From: Octopus sinensis
Taxonomy: Eukaryota
NCBI RefSeq assembly: GCF_006345805.1
Contig: NC_042997.1
Coordinates: forward strand, 201,624,001-201,688,000
Direction: 5' to 3'
Length of the DNA stretch: 64,000 nucleotides
Below are positions 10,680 to 22,885 of this stretch, piece after piece. The position numbers and the translations under genes are program-made. Each line of letters opens with the position of its first letter. Position 1 is the stretch's first letter. The notes below the pieces were generated by a model. The model was not told the DNA's origin, did not search any database, and saw nothing but the letters and a program-made list of their open reading frames with translations.

Positions 10680-11672
10680 CAGTGGATTCCGCCAATCTGC
10701 TAACAGCTAATTAGCGAAACTAACTTTTCGTTTAGCAGATTAGCGTTTTTGCTAACTTTGGAAATTGTTAGCGGACCAGTTAACTTCCGCTAAACTTAGT
10801 TCCGTTAACTTTAGTCTGCTAACAAAATTCATACGTTTGTTCCTGTCTGTTGGGGGCTTGTCTTGAAGAGTTTGTCAAGCACCCTATTGGCTGACTACGT
10901 GTAAACATGACAAGATGCGATTGGTCGACGCAGTAGCATTTAGCTGAGCAGCATTGTGTGATTCTGCAGGTTTGAGTTGAGTTCACTTGCGACGTTGTCA
11001 CATTACAGACAGTTTTGCAGTGTCAGCGACAGCAGTGTGCGTTATCAGTTTATTAAGTTATCGCCTATCGCTAAGGAAGGTGAAGATGTTTTTGTTAGAC
11101 CTGAGGATTGCGGAGTCTGCAACGGGTGTGGGTGAGGCAGAGGTCACTCAGGTTGAGAGCCAGGAGCCTCAGAACCCGTGGCCTCACATAGAGGACTACT
11201 TTATCCTTACGTCAAGCGATAAGAGGAAAGCCAAACCCAAGGAGACCACCTTCGAGGGAGAAGCGGCAAGCCCCTACAACTTGAAGTCGTATGTCAAGAG
11301 GAAACACCCAGCGCATGCCATCCAGTTTGAAGAGAGTATCAAGGCCGGTTCTTCCCGTAGGAAACACAGACAATCTTCTGGTAGCAGTGCCAGCAGCCAG
11401 TCGTCGCAGCCATGTGCAAAGAAAGCGCGTCAGCCCAGCATCGGTGAGGCGTTTGTCCAAACTGCTGGCACTGGCGTCCATCAGTCTCTGGTGGACAGAA
11501 GGATTGTAGACCTGTTTGTCGACAACATGCTACCGCTGCATGTAGTGGAATCCCCCACTCTTGGTCGACCTGATCAAGACGCTGAACTCCAGCAAGACGC
11601 CAATATCCCGTCACACCCTGGGTAGGATGATCTTGGCCAGTCATAAATCGCTGGAGGAGTATCTTAAAAGGT
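10680..11672 (+). mobile_element. hAT DNA transposon left end and transposase remnant
   Basis: Begins CAGTGG with GCTAAC/GTTAGC subterminal repeats. PWPHIEDYF...NLKSYVKRKH resembles a BED finger lacking its CxxC; VDRRIVDLFVDNMLPLHVVESP resembles the Hermes-type DNA-binding domain. After a frameshift it reads DLIKTLNSSKTPISRHTLGRMI. Confidence 0.75.
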
Positions 11673-11835
11673 TTTTATAAATTAAAGTAATACAAGATTA
11701 TTAAATTACTATTATGACTCTCTTCATATTTTCTTAATTTAATTAAATTATTTATTAAATAATTATTTTCTTAATTGATGTGATAAATTGTATAAAAAGT
11801 AATTAAGATAAATGTCATAGTATATAATATACGGT

Positions 11836-11873
<38 letters not shown>

Positions 11874-11885
11874 ACTGCATCTCAC

Positions 11886-11930
<45 letters not shown>

Positions 11931-12003
11931 ATATATAACTGCATCTCACTATATATATATATATATATATATATAGATAGATAGATAAGAAAGTTGGTTT
12001 GTG

Positions 12004-12815
12004 AATATATAGAAAATAGTAAAGAGTGAAAAAAACTACAGAAGGCTTAAATGTAAAAAAATATATATATTTGCGTCAATATGTCTGGAGAATATTAGAA
12101 AATTTTTTAAATTTTTTAACCTGCTAGAAGGATCAGAATTCCTCTTTAAAGAGGGACAGAAATTCAAGATCAAATCTAACTTCACTTGTGCCTCTGAAAA
12201 CATAATTTATGTCATAAAATGCTCGGGCTGCCACCAAGACTACGTGGGTTCCACGGGACTATCACTCAGACGTAGATGCACACTGCATCGACAACAGATT
12301 GCATTCCCAGAATATAAAATGATACCTTTTAGTGAGCACATTGAGAAATGCGCAAAGCAACTACTACCACAATTTTTAATCTTTCCATTTTACCAATGTG
12401 CTTTCGGATCATCAACACAAATTAGACTAAACAAGGAAACATTCTTCATTGAAAAGTACAAGCCCAGACTCAACCATCCGAACATACTGATACAGAGAAA
12501 TTTACACCAAGGGAAAGGAAAAAATTTTAAAGCGATTATCTCCCTTACACCGGAAGAAATCACTCACTACCTCCCCTTATTTAGAACTCTTCTGAACATA
12601 AACATAACGATAACTCTATTCAACATAAACATAACGTCACAAGAAATTTGAAAAGCTACACGCGAAACCGGTCTTTCTTTTAAATTATGTCATTATAAGA
12701 GAAAAAATTTTTTTTTTTAATTTTCTAATATTCTCCAGACATATTGACGCAAATATATATATTTTTTAACATTTAAGCCTTCTGTAGTTTTTTCACTCTT
12801 TACTATTTTCTATAT
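12004..12815 (+). mobile_element. Penelope-like element remnant with GIY-YIG domain, HHR and ~100-bp flanking inverted repeat
   Basis: FTCASENIIYVIKCSGCHQDYVGSTGLSLRRRCTLH...FFIEKYKPRLN. The segment 12004-12104 is the reverse complement of ~12718-12815. Confidence 0.9.
12641..12679 (+). ncRNA. Minimal type I hammerhead motif, U3-A8 core variant
   Basis: AAGAAA(T)-TTGAAAA-GC/TACAC/GC-GAAA-CCGG-TC-TTTCTT; GUC triplet, helix III palindrome ACCGGT, one bulged T in stem I. Confidence 0.55.
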
Positions 12816-13420
12816 ATATATATTCCACTCATGATTAAGTCTGCACAGCCAAAAGAGCAGCTTTTAATGAAATAACGAATAAACGAACCTTAAGTTCTGA
12901 ACTTATCAAATTCCATTCCTCATCTCGGTTATTCATCTCCACCCAACGCGTCACCTGTCAAGGTAGTGTCACTATTTTCAAAAGTTTAATAACAAGGCTT
13001 TAAAATATAAGCAATATTTCCATGAATTTAGAACAGCCTAGAAACAAATGTTAAACTACAATCTGTGTGATTTCTGTAAACAAAATATGGTTATAAAATA
13101 TTGCGGACCAAATGTCCGACCTCTTTCCTACCCGCGAAAAATTGTACAAACCACGTGCTCACAAAAATCAGTTTTAGTCAGCCTTCATCATACTCTGCGT
13201 CAGTTTAAATATAGTGACGGTGAATTATTTTCCAGTTGGTTTTAAATTGCTACGAGCCACTTTGATTATTTTATAATGTGTCCTTATGATTGATATAATT
13301 TTAATTCCATAGCTACATAATGTTATTTAGGCCTGCAAACCACTGCTATCTATCAATATTGTTGTTGTTATCAACTATTTGTATTGCCTTTGATGATAAT
13401 AACAATATTAATATATATAT

Positions 13421-13690
13421 ATAATCAAAATAAGCAACAAGGATATCCAAAGGTAGTGTAGTACAATCGTTTCATGTTAATTCATTTAATTAAACAATAT
13501 AAGTATTACATCTTCAGCCACATATGGAATTTTTAAAATTAAATTGACAATGTTCATTTTTATACTTATTCCATTTGCCAACATTACATTTTAAAACTGA
13601 TGTAATACTTACATTGTTTAATTAAATGAAGTAGCATGAAACGATTGTACTACACTACCTTTGGATATCCTTGTTGCTTATTTTGATTAT
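13421..13690. mobile_element. PLE-type spaced inverted repeat (arms 13421-13512 and 13599-13690)
   Basis: Arms are ~90% complementary and contain the HHR at 13458-13521. Confidence 0.75.
13458..13521 (-). ncRNA. Type I hammerhead motif with long stem II loop
   Basis: Minus strand GTGG-CTGAAGA-TGT...ACA-T-GAAA-CGATTG-TA-CTAC. Confidence 0.55.
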
Positions 13691-14679
13691 AATCACCCCA
13701 TTTGATTTATATGGATAATACCATAACAAATTCAGGTGCCTTTAACTTAAGTACCATATTCATCTGAATCTAAATTTTTGCTGAACTTATATATATATAT
13801 ATATATTTGCTTCTGAATATTTTTGCTGCTGATTAGTATTTTTCACACTGAGGCTGTCTGCATTTTGGCGCGAAGAAATTGAGGACGCCAGCAAATTTCA
13901 ACGCAGCATATTAGGAAGGCATTTCAAAGAGTTCAGATGTGCTGAAGAAGGAAAGATTTTTGTATCAAACCAAAAACCGGTCCACATATATACCTGTACT
14001 ATTAAATATATAGCTTTATGCTATATAGGTGTGTGAGAGATTTTTTTCGATCCACTTGATCGTATACTGTTGATCCTTTTATATTCAGTATAAATGTTTT
14101 GGTGGTCCAAATGAGGGTTTTAACTCTCATTTCTAGCGGGCAGACACTTTAATGTGTCCTTATAACTAATATAATTTTAATTCCATAGCCATAAAATGCT
14201 GATTTAGGCCTGCAACTACCTGTATTAATATTGTTTTGTGGTTATCAACTATCTGTATTGCCTTCGATAATAATAACAATATATCTTTTAAATATTCGCT
14301 TTTGAATATTTTTGCTGTGTGTATATGCGGAGTAGATAAAACAGGGGACAACTGATGGAGGGATTGTTCTTTATGTTGCATGTCTCGTTTCTCTGTTTGT
14401 TTGTTTCTTTTGTTGTTCGAAAAGAAGTTCGTTTTTTATGTTTTTGCTTTTTATGTTCTCGTTCTCATTTTGTTTTCGTTTTCTTATGCCCTGTACCTAT
14501 AGATGTATCTATATATACATATATATGTAGGTATGTACATATATGTATATATGCATATATTTATATATTATTTATATCATTATATGATCGAACGCCACGC
14601 ATCCTTTCCCAAGTAAGTTTCATTTCTATCTATCTATCTATCTACCTATCTATCTATCTGTCTATCTATCTATCTGTCG

Positions 14680-14721
<42 letters not shown>

Positions 14722-14734
14722 GTATGTATGCATG

Positions 14735-14769
<35 letters not shown>

Positions 14770-14809
14770 TTGTATGTCTGTGTGTCTGTTTGTCTGTCTA
14801 TCTGTGTTT

Positions 14810-14995
14810 GTTCCCCCATCACCGCTTGACAACCGGATGTTGGTGGTGTGTTTATGTCCCCGTAACTTAGCGGTTCGGTAAAAGTCACCGATAGAATAAG
14901 TATTAGGTTTAGAAATAAGTCCTGAGTTCGGTTTTTTCGGCTAAAAACCGTTGGCCGCAGTCAAATGGCTGAAACAACGAGTAAAATAATAAAAG
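14810..14995 (+). mobile_element. SINE-2 3' fragment
   Basis: CCCCATCACCGCTTGACAACCG...GGCCGCAGTCAAATGGCTGAAAC. Confidence 0.8.
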
Positions 14996-15069
14996 AATGC
15001 CATGGTCACATCCACCATGTTCATGCGAACTCACATTAGTGACGTCGATGTTGAAGACTTTTGATGATG

Positions 15070-15454
15070 ACGATGCTGCTGTTGCTGTTGAGCGAACGGT
15101 CTTCGTCCCAGAGCTCGCAAGATGAGAGAAGTCCGAAACGTGGTCCTTTGCTATTCGTAAGACCCGCAGAAGAGAAAGCAGGTCAACCCCCGACTCCGAG
15201 AGCATCGACGGATGGATGAATGCACATCCAGGCTCAGCGGCTGCGTAGGAAGTCGGGGACAAGAAACAGGAAGAAAGAGTGAGAGAAAGTTGTAGCGAAA
15301 GAGTACAACAGGGGTCGCTACCACCCCCTGCCGGAGTCTCGTGGAGCTTTAGGTTTTTCGCTCAATAAACATACACAACGCCCGGTCTGGGAATTGAAAC
15401 TGCGATCCTCCAACCGCAAGTCCGCTGCCCTAACCATTGGGCCATTGCGCCTCC
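15070..15454 (-). mobile_element. SINE-3 (GGAGGCGCAATGGCCCA head), tail type a
   Basis: A-box TGGCCCAATGG and B-box-like GTTTCAATTCC on the minus strand; body AAAACCTAAAGCTCCACGAG is shared with 32530-32800. Confidence 0.8.
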
Positions 15455-15474
15455 ACTGACAATGCTGCTAAATT

Positions 15475-15582
15475 GATGACGATGACAATGATGATAACGA
15501 CGACGACGACGACGATGATGATGATGATGACGACGACGACGATGATGACGATGACGACGATGACGACGATGACGATGATGGT
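15475..15582. repeat. (GAT/GAC)n trinucleotide tract
   Basis: Direct reading. Confidence 0.95.
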
Positions 15583-16678
15583 AAATGTTTCCAAGTTATG
15601 AATTATTCACTCTTCATGTGATTTGTTAAATCTATAATTTGGAGAGGTGTGTGGAGCTTGGTACCTGAGATTTGAAGAATTTGAACTGTTATTTCTGTAT
15701 TTCCCTTCTATATGTACATATGTGTATATATAGAGGGGTTTTTTTTCAGTTGTACTTTTTCTTTCTCTTTTTTTGCCAATCCTGATTGTTTATTATTCTT
15801 AATATGCGTTTTGGTCTGAGAACACCGGATCTTCAATGGCGATATTATATTAAATTTGTTATGTTATATTTTTTCCCATCTTATTTATAATTGAACACAG
15901 AAGTAAACATCAAACTGTTTGCAAAGATATCATTTTCCAGTTCATTTCACTAGATCCTAATTAAGTCAGCGGTATCATTTTTTTTTTCTCTTTTTCTTTC
16001 ACAAGCTTAGAGCAAATAATAAGGAAAAGAAAAAAAAAGATGGCCGCGTTATTACTGATTTCATGTAGTACGAATCTCCATCTTACTTATCAAGAAAACA
16101 GTAATGGTTGATCAGGAAAAAATATGATTGAGAAAAAGGTAAATCAGTGCTAAATGTCCTTGTACTCGTGTGTATTTTATGAAAGTAATAAGCTACAGGG
16201 TTCACTATTTAGGCAGTTTTCTTATTATATATTCCATTAACGAACTCTTTACTTTCCTGAGATGTTATTATTCCGCCTCGCTTTTGGTTCGTATCGTAAC
16301 TATGTCCTTTTCAATGAATACATTCATAAGTTATAAATCTATTTCTGTAAACCAGTGTTAAAGGTATCAGAGCTAGACGTTGTATTTCCTAATTAGAAAA
16401 TCCTTACTGCTCCCAGAGTTCGTTTGAAGGGTGATTTTTGGTTTTAGGTATATATATCTGCGCGACTAATTATTATACGGAAGCAATCAGAAGAAAATGC
16501 AAATCGACTTTGATATCCCGAGTAAGCAGAAATTGTAGGCTTAAAAGTCGCTTATTAAACGATTTGTAAAAAACCCTCTTAGTATTTTGTTTTTATGTCT
16601 TAAAAGGTTTAACTTTTTTTATTAGCAACATTTTCAACTTCAGTGACGAAGTTGTTAAAGTAACTTCGAAAGACATAC

Positions 16679-17095
16679 GAAGAATTTCAACCGTGTTTCG
16701 TGGTCTGCTACCACAACAGCTCCTTTATAGGATCCAGTTAGCTCAAGACATCATCATGAGGAACCACGTCCGATTTCGGCCCCTACTCCTCTACCGTTTT
16801 GACGTGGTGCCCCTCCCCCACCTTTCGGAGGTGTCTTCATCTCTGGTGTTGGGTGCATGTCTTTCTTCTTTCTTTTGTTCCTTGGCCTCTTCGATGTATC
16901 GTCAACGAGTGTCAGCGGGCGACTGACTGCCTTGTCAAATTTCCCTTTAAACACATGCTGCTAGGCTTCAGCAGGCAGCCCCAGCAAGTTGTCACGTGAC
17001 ACTGTCTCAACTTTAACTGACAAAAGGCGCGTAGTCTTAGCCCACGCATTCTCTAAATGAGACCGTCGCCGGCACATTTCTGTAAACACATTTAG
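16679..17095 (-). promoter_or_regulatory. CpG-enriched unique segment, possible promoter and first exon
   Basis: Local GC/CpG enrichment, palindromic GTCACGTGAC at 16991-17000, donor-like TTCTTC|GTATGT at 16679/16678 on the minus strand. Function is inferred. Confidence 0.3.
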
Positions 17096-18374
17096 TAAGA
17101 AGGATTAACAGGAAAATAAACCAATTCCCAAACAATAATGAAAATAAAACCTACAGACGTATAGAAATAGAATTCAAATTATTTAACCGAAGAAAATATT
17201 AATCTAATATTGAAGAGGTCACGAATAACAACGCAAGGACATTGGCAAACAAACAACATGTTGATTGTTTAACCAACACATTAAACAAACGATCAATTAG
17301 ATAGTTGGTTAAGTATTTAACCAATTACGTTAACATATAATTAAATTAATATATTTCCATTGAATAACGACCTTTACAATGTGACTTTCAAGCATTCACA
17401 TATTTATGTCGTTTACTCAGAACTAGCTAATGCACCCGTCCTTTGGACGGTTTAAGTTGCTTTGGTGATATTTTTTTTCACCAAATAATTGAACTACCGA
17501 GAAGGTTTATGTGTAGCACGGCAATCTGTTTCCGATTAACCAAGGAACGGAAAATCAAATTGAAGGTTGGCTATTGTGGAGGCCGTTGCACTTTAATGAT
17601 AATAGAACATATAAGTTTGCAGGCGATGCAAAGTATAGCCACTGAAGTGTTTTGGGAGAAGATTACGGATAATGACTATAAAATATAGTTGTTTTACATG
17701 AAAGCAAAATTTCTTGTCAGAAACAGCCACATAAATGGTGTAAGGAAATTGAAGGAAGCCGTTGAAACTTCCTCTCTGCGAGTTTATCTTATTCAACAGC
17801 AAAGGGAGCTATTTTTTCAGAGAGATAAGCTAACAAAAGCCCCTTTATTCTCTCTTCCCACATAACCTGCGCATAAACTAACAGCGAATGTCGCGTAGAG
17901 TTAAATTGGTATGGAGCTTTCTGAAAGATACGTATAGCTTTTGCTAGTGGAAGCAAAACTTATTTAAAGGTTGATTCTTTGGGACAAATCATATGTGATT
18001 GTTTAAAAAAGGCTAGACCCTCAATGCTAAAACAGATTTGAAATAACGGACAACAGTCGAAATATCATAATGGATGGGAAATAAGCATCCTTAAAATGAA
18101 ACAACGCGTTGGTAGATAAACAAAGGTATCAACAAACAGAAGAGAGGAAAAGGAACATCACCTTTCAATTAACTCAGAAAAGGTAAAGGTAAGCTTGCCA
18201 AAGTTTAAACCAGTTTAAATATGAAGATTAAGATTGTTTGGTATTTGATATTCATGGCGTACAGTGTTCCTGGTCACTTTAATCATCATGGCAGGTGCAC
18301 AGTCGAAATAAATAAATAGATAAAATCCTTTCACTTTTATAAAAAAAAGATTAGAAATGTATAGAAGACCCTAC

Positions 18375-18567
18375 ATACAAAAAAATTATGTCCGTTTACG
18401 TCCATTTACGTGGGAGCTCTGGGCAAAATGTTATAGAGCATGACCATCCTTGGGACATTAGTAATATATGTGTAAAATTTGGTGAAAATCAGTCGAGAAT
18501 TGTGAAAACGTATGCGTCAGTCATTACACACACACACACACACACACTGCGATTTATATATACTAGA
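18375..18567 (-). mobile_element. Helitron-type non-autonomous element, 5' end
   Basis: Minus strand starts A|TCTAGTATATATAAAT followed by (GT)n and an AAATTTTACACA motif like the Helitrons at 42-46 kb. Confidence 0.55.
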
Positions 18568-19077
18568 TAACCAAATTTATTTTTTGTATTTTCCCTTTCA
18601 CTATCATGTTAAATTGCCATAAACGATCCTTATTCATAAAATGAGTAATGTAAGACTATATATCTATCCCTCACACACAATATATCTATCCCTCACTGTA
18701 ATTTATTTCTACCGGACAAGAAACTAAAGCATTTTACCACTCCCGTTTTCAATAAATCCGTTGTTTCTGAAATTAAGGGATGTGGTTGGGTGCTGCCTTA
18801 AATATACACACCCATTGTTCGTACATTCCTCGCGTTCAACATCTCACATATTTATAATCCTTTCATAGAATTGTCATATGTCGCAAAATGTCTGGCGGCG
18901 TATCACCTAAAACATATTCTAAGTGGCGTTTTATGAAATACACAAACTTGCGTTATGTTGCTTGATGTTACATAATGCTATATGCCAAGTTACATAATGC
19001 ACCAGCATCTTAAATATAAATACTACGGAAACACGCGTAGTAATACGCAAAATATCCATTCGTTTTATCCTTATTAC

Positions 19078-19379
19078 TATGGCTCAGTGGTTAGAGCGTC
19101 GAGCTTACGATCGCGAGGTTGTGAGTTCGATTCCCGAACAGGGCTGCGTGTTGTGTTCTTGAGCAAGACACTTTATTTCACGTTGCTTCAGTTCACTCAG
19201 CTGTGTCAAGCTGTATTGGCCTTTGTCTTTTCCTTGGATAATACTGGTGGCGTGAAGAGGGAAGGCCGGTATGCATGGGCGACTACTGGACTTTCATAAT
19301 CAACCTTTCCCGGACTTGTCCCTCAGAGGGTAACTTTCTAGGTGCAATCCCACGGTCATTCATGACCGAAGAGGATCTC
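19078..19379 (+). mobile_element. SINE-3, tail type b
   Basis: TGGCTCAGTGGTTAGAGC A-box, GAGTTCGATTCC B-box, CORE-like TTGAGCAAGACACTTTATTTCAC, distinct 3' tail. Confidence 0.85.
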
Positions 19380-19398
19380 AACTCAACTATGTATGTAT

Positions 19399-19789
19399 CA
19401 GAGACGTGCCGTCTATGTAGGCAAGGTAGGCACTGCCTACCTTGATAGCAACATTTTCCTTTTATGGCAAAATATGCGCCTAATTCAATAAAATTATGAA
19501 GGTACTCTAATTACTATGCATAAAATGCAAAATATTTTATTTTTTTGTAGATTAGGTAAGCATAATTCACCTCTGCCTTTCAATCTCAGTATCTAAGCTA
19601 CGCATAGTACTGCTGTAGTATACGTGTTGTATGCACTCCTACAACAACGTTTTCTTTACATGTTATAAAGGCAGAAGTAAATCTGCTTTCAACTCAGTCG
19701 CGCGCCTGTATTTCGCTTATTTTTGTGTGTTTTACTACATAAAGGTCACCAGCTGCCTACCCTGAGTAACTACTGACAGCACGTGCCTG
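19399..19789. mobile_element. hAT-type MITE
   Basis: Imperfect 15-bp TIRs CAGAGACGTGCCGTC / GACAGCACGTGCCTG; 8-bp flanking duplication GTATGTAT, within a microsatellite. Confidence 0.75.
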
Positions 19790-20224
19790 GTATGTATGTA
19801 TGTATGTATGTATGTATGTATGTATGTATGCATGCATGCAGGCATGTGAAATGGTTAGTTCCTGGATTTTCAAGCAGGAATTGAATTGAATCTGCAGCCT
19901 CAATGTTTCAGCTACCTTCTTTTCTTTCTTGCATCAATATGCACTTGGAGGTTTACGAGTCAACACCCTTGATCGACATCAATTCAATCTAGATAACCTA
20001 CGAAAAAGAAAAAAAGAAAAATATTGCTGTGAACCCTAAAACCTTTATTGACACCTACTAAAATGTTACTCACCTGAATGGGTCTATATAAACCACTTTG
20101 AAAAACCCTACATGTCAAGATTTTATTCATTCCCGAGGGTCTTTATGAACTATTTTGGAAAGCCATGACAGACAGAATTTACTCTCCCGCGGATAGCAGG
20201 ATTGCAGGATCCCTAAACAGATGT

Positions 20225-20465
20225 TATATGGGGAACTTGTTAGAGAAAAGAGACCCCCAACAGAAACCAAGGCTGCGATTTAAGGACTATGTCAAGTCCT
20301 CATTAAAGGCCTGTGGTATGCAGGAGACCATCTGGGAGAGCAATACCTGTCATTGCCACAGATGGAGGGAGCAGGTTAAGGAGTTGGGGTCGACACCTTT
20401 GAAAAAATCACATATTCTTCATGAAGTATTTAAGCGCGATGCTCGAAGGCGCACTGAAATTTGAG
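20225..20465 (+). mobile_element. RTE-clade LINE 3' coding remnant
   Basis: KPRLRFKDYVKSSLKACGMQETIWE...RWREQVKE matches the P.LR(F/Y)KD..K..LK...I....WE..A.DR..WR motif of RTE/BovB. Confidence 0.75.
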
Positions 20466-21916
20466 ACATTGTGTTTATGTCAGAAACACAATTAGTTACA
20501 GTCTGATTTCAATTCCTGCCGAGGGAAACTTTGTTTTTCATCCTTCCTAGGTCAATAAAATAATATACCAATCAAGTACTGGGGTCACTTTGAACGACCG
20601 AACCCTTCCCTACAAATAAGTCAATATTTCGAATTAGTTGTCTAGGAGCCTGAAATTTCTGTTGTTCTTTTGAAGTACCAAATCGATGCTAATTGAGCCG
20701 ACTGAGAAGCCCTGGTTGTGAAACGTTTATTCACCCTTCCCAGGGGATCTGGACCACTTCGAGAAATATTTACACTCAAACTTTTATTCCGCCTCCATGC
20801 TTGCAAGTTTGTAAGGGGCTTTGAGAAGCCCTGATCTCAAGATAATTCATTCCTTATTCAACGGAGATCCTGCAGCGGTTTTTATTGTTTTAAAACACAA
20901 TAAATGTTACTCAATTATTTTTTTATTACACGGATGTAAAATATTTTGCTATACCACTATTTGCAATGAAAATAGATCGATTTCTATTGAAAATAAATAA
21001 TTGTATGATTAGCCAACTTTTTCATTTTTGAAGACCAACAACAAAACAAACAATTAAATGGAACTGATACGCTTATCTTTGTCGCATATCATTTTTCTCG
21101 ACAATATCTGATTCATTATTCGCAGCTTTACCAAGCAGGTGTATAGCGTCCGCCATTACGCACCGCTACACTTCTTGGCGTTCTTATTTTATTGCAGCCA
21201 TAAAATATTTAGTATTTATTTATAAATAAATAAATACCTGTCATATAAATTCTTCGACAAGTTGTTTTATTAAATGTCTATATACCGCAGCAAAATAAAA
21301 GCAACTGCTGTAGTTATTGTTGTTAATGGCCAAAGAAAAATAGATAACAATTCACCATTCTCTCGCCAGCTTTTCAATGCATCGCGCCTGTGTGTTAGGT
21401 AGTCAACATACGATACACAAACGAACGATGTAATCTCCTGGCGAACTGAAGCTGGCCTTTTTATTTATAATATAATTATGTCACGTAGTAAAGGCGGGGA
21501 ATTGATGAAATCGCTTAGGCCTTGTATTCATAGCAGGCCTTTACATTTTAAGTTCAAACCCCACCAAGGGCTGATTTTTTTTCTTTAGCCTTTCATTCAT
21601 CCATGATCGATAGAATGAAATACAGGGGTCGATTTAATAGACTAACCCTTATCCTGAAATTTAAAACATTGTGTTTATGTCAGAAACACAATTACTTACA
21701 GTCTGAGTTCAATTCCTGTCGAGGGAAACTTTGTTTTTCATACTTCCGAGGTCAATAAAATAATGTACCCATCAAGTACTGGGGCCACTTTGAACAACCG
21801 AACCCTTACCTACAAATAAGTCAATATTTCGAATTAGTTGTCTTGGAGCCTGGAATCTGTTGTTTTTTTGTTTTGTTTTTTTGAAGTACCAAATCGATGC
21901 TAATTGGATCGACTGA
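20466..21916 (+). repeat. Pair of ~245-bp direct repeats 1200 bp apart (20466-20705, 21666-21916), derived from a diverged SINE-1 body
   Basis: The two copies share private variants not present in other SINE-1 copies. Confidence 0.8.
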
Positions 21917-22180
21917 TTATGAAGAGTATACTAGCCGTGACCATCTCGTCTTTTTGTACGGCTACATTCGATATTGTTCAATGCAATCTCTCCATTTATA
22001 TTTTTTAAGACGCTACGATGTGACTGGAGGGAGATTTTCACTGCTATTTTAGCATGTCAAATTACCACATAGAGACTCCTTCGTTTTCTCGAAGAATATT
22101 CGATTTTCGAGTAATGGATGACGAATCGAAGATATTTTCTTATGTCGGCGCTTAGTTACTAATTGTATTATATGTATTCT

Positions 22181-22430
22181 GGAGGCACGTAGCTTAGTGG
22201 TTGGGGTGTCAGCATCATGATCGTAAGATTGTGGTTTCGATTCCTGAACCGGGCGGCGTGTGGTGTTCTTGAGTTAAGCACTTCATTTCATGTTGCTCCA
22301 GTTCACTCAGCTGGCAAAAATGAGTAACGCTGCGATGGACTGGTGTCCCGTCCAACTGGGGAACACATACGCCATTGAAACCGGGAAACCGGGCCCATGA
22401 GCCTGGCTAGGCTTTAAAAGGGCGCATTTA
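22181..22430 (+). mobile_element. SINE-3, tail type c, with V-domain-like motif
   Basis: tRNA boxes followed by CTGCGATGGACTGGTGTCCCGTCCA at 22330-22354, resembling the V-SINE central domain as recalled. Confidence 0.75.
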
Positions 22431-22471
22431 TTTTTTATTTTTATTATATGTATTACCCTCTCAGGATTTTT

Positions 22472-22885
22472 GGGATCTTTTCGGTTTGAACGGCAGTTTT
22501 TAACATAATTTCTAGGTAACTAAAAAATTTTAAACTTCGTATACTGGTAGAATGTGTTTATAAAACATCCTTTTCTCTTGGCTTTATTGAGAAAATTCTA
22601 TAGTTTGTAAGATATCTGTTGTTCTTTTTCTGCAATTTCTGCAATTTCAACCAATCAAATACGTCTATTGAGGTAAAAAACATTCTGTGCCGTATGAATA
22701 TGTCCCTCGTTTCAGAAACAGATTGGGTTTATTTACATTTCTGAAGAAAAAAAGATACACCCCCCCCCTAACCCTAACCCTAAAATAGATTGAAATGCAA
22801 TAGATCGATACTAGGGTAATAATTATGGGTGACAATTTCATATGACACCGCTAGAAAAAACTGCCGTTCAAATCGAAAATATCCC
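22472..22885. mobile_element. TIR MITE with ~31-bp TIRs and internal CCCTAA repeats
   Basis: GGGATCTTTTCGGTTTGAACGGCAGTTTTTT / AAAAAACTGCCGTTCAAATCGAAAATATCCC; second partial copy at 334-463. Confidence 0.8.

Larger units (their letters stand above)
13280..14320. repeat. Old diverged direct repeat (~13280-13410 vs ~14150-14285)
   Basis: Both copies read TAATGTGTCCTTAT...ATTTAGGCCTGCAA...TATCAACTAT.TGTATTGCCTT.GAT.ATAATAACAAT. Confidence 0.7.

Noticed and set aside
11860-11960. Duplicated AACTGCATCTCACT island within (TA)n (similar case near 27650-27770)
   Set aside because: Explained by slippage or assembly error in a TA run.
16640-16757. C/D box snoRNA on the minus strand (ATGATGA...CTGA, 118 nt)
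   Set aside because: No terminal stem and no recognisable rRNA or snRNA guide.
19078-19145. tRNA genes at SINE heads (also 22181, 32530, 41657, 59917)
   Set aside because: A and B boxes are present, but there is no paired acceptor stem and each runs into a repeat body.
20696-20735. CTGAGAA...GAAACG resembling a hammerhead (similar weak hits near 26905 and 34165)
   Set aside because: Core mismatches without compensation and no stem I.
22770-22785. Interstitial telomere (CCCTAA)n
   Set aside because: Only about 2.5 units, and internal to a MITE.
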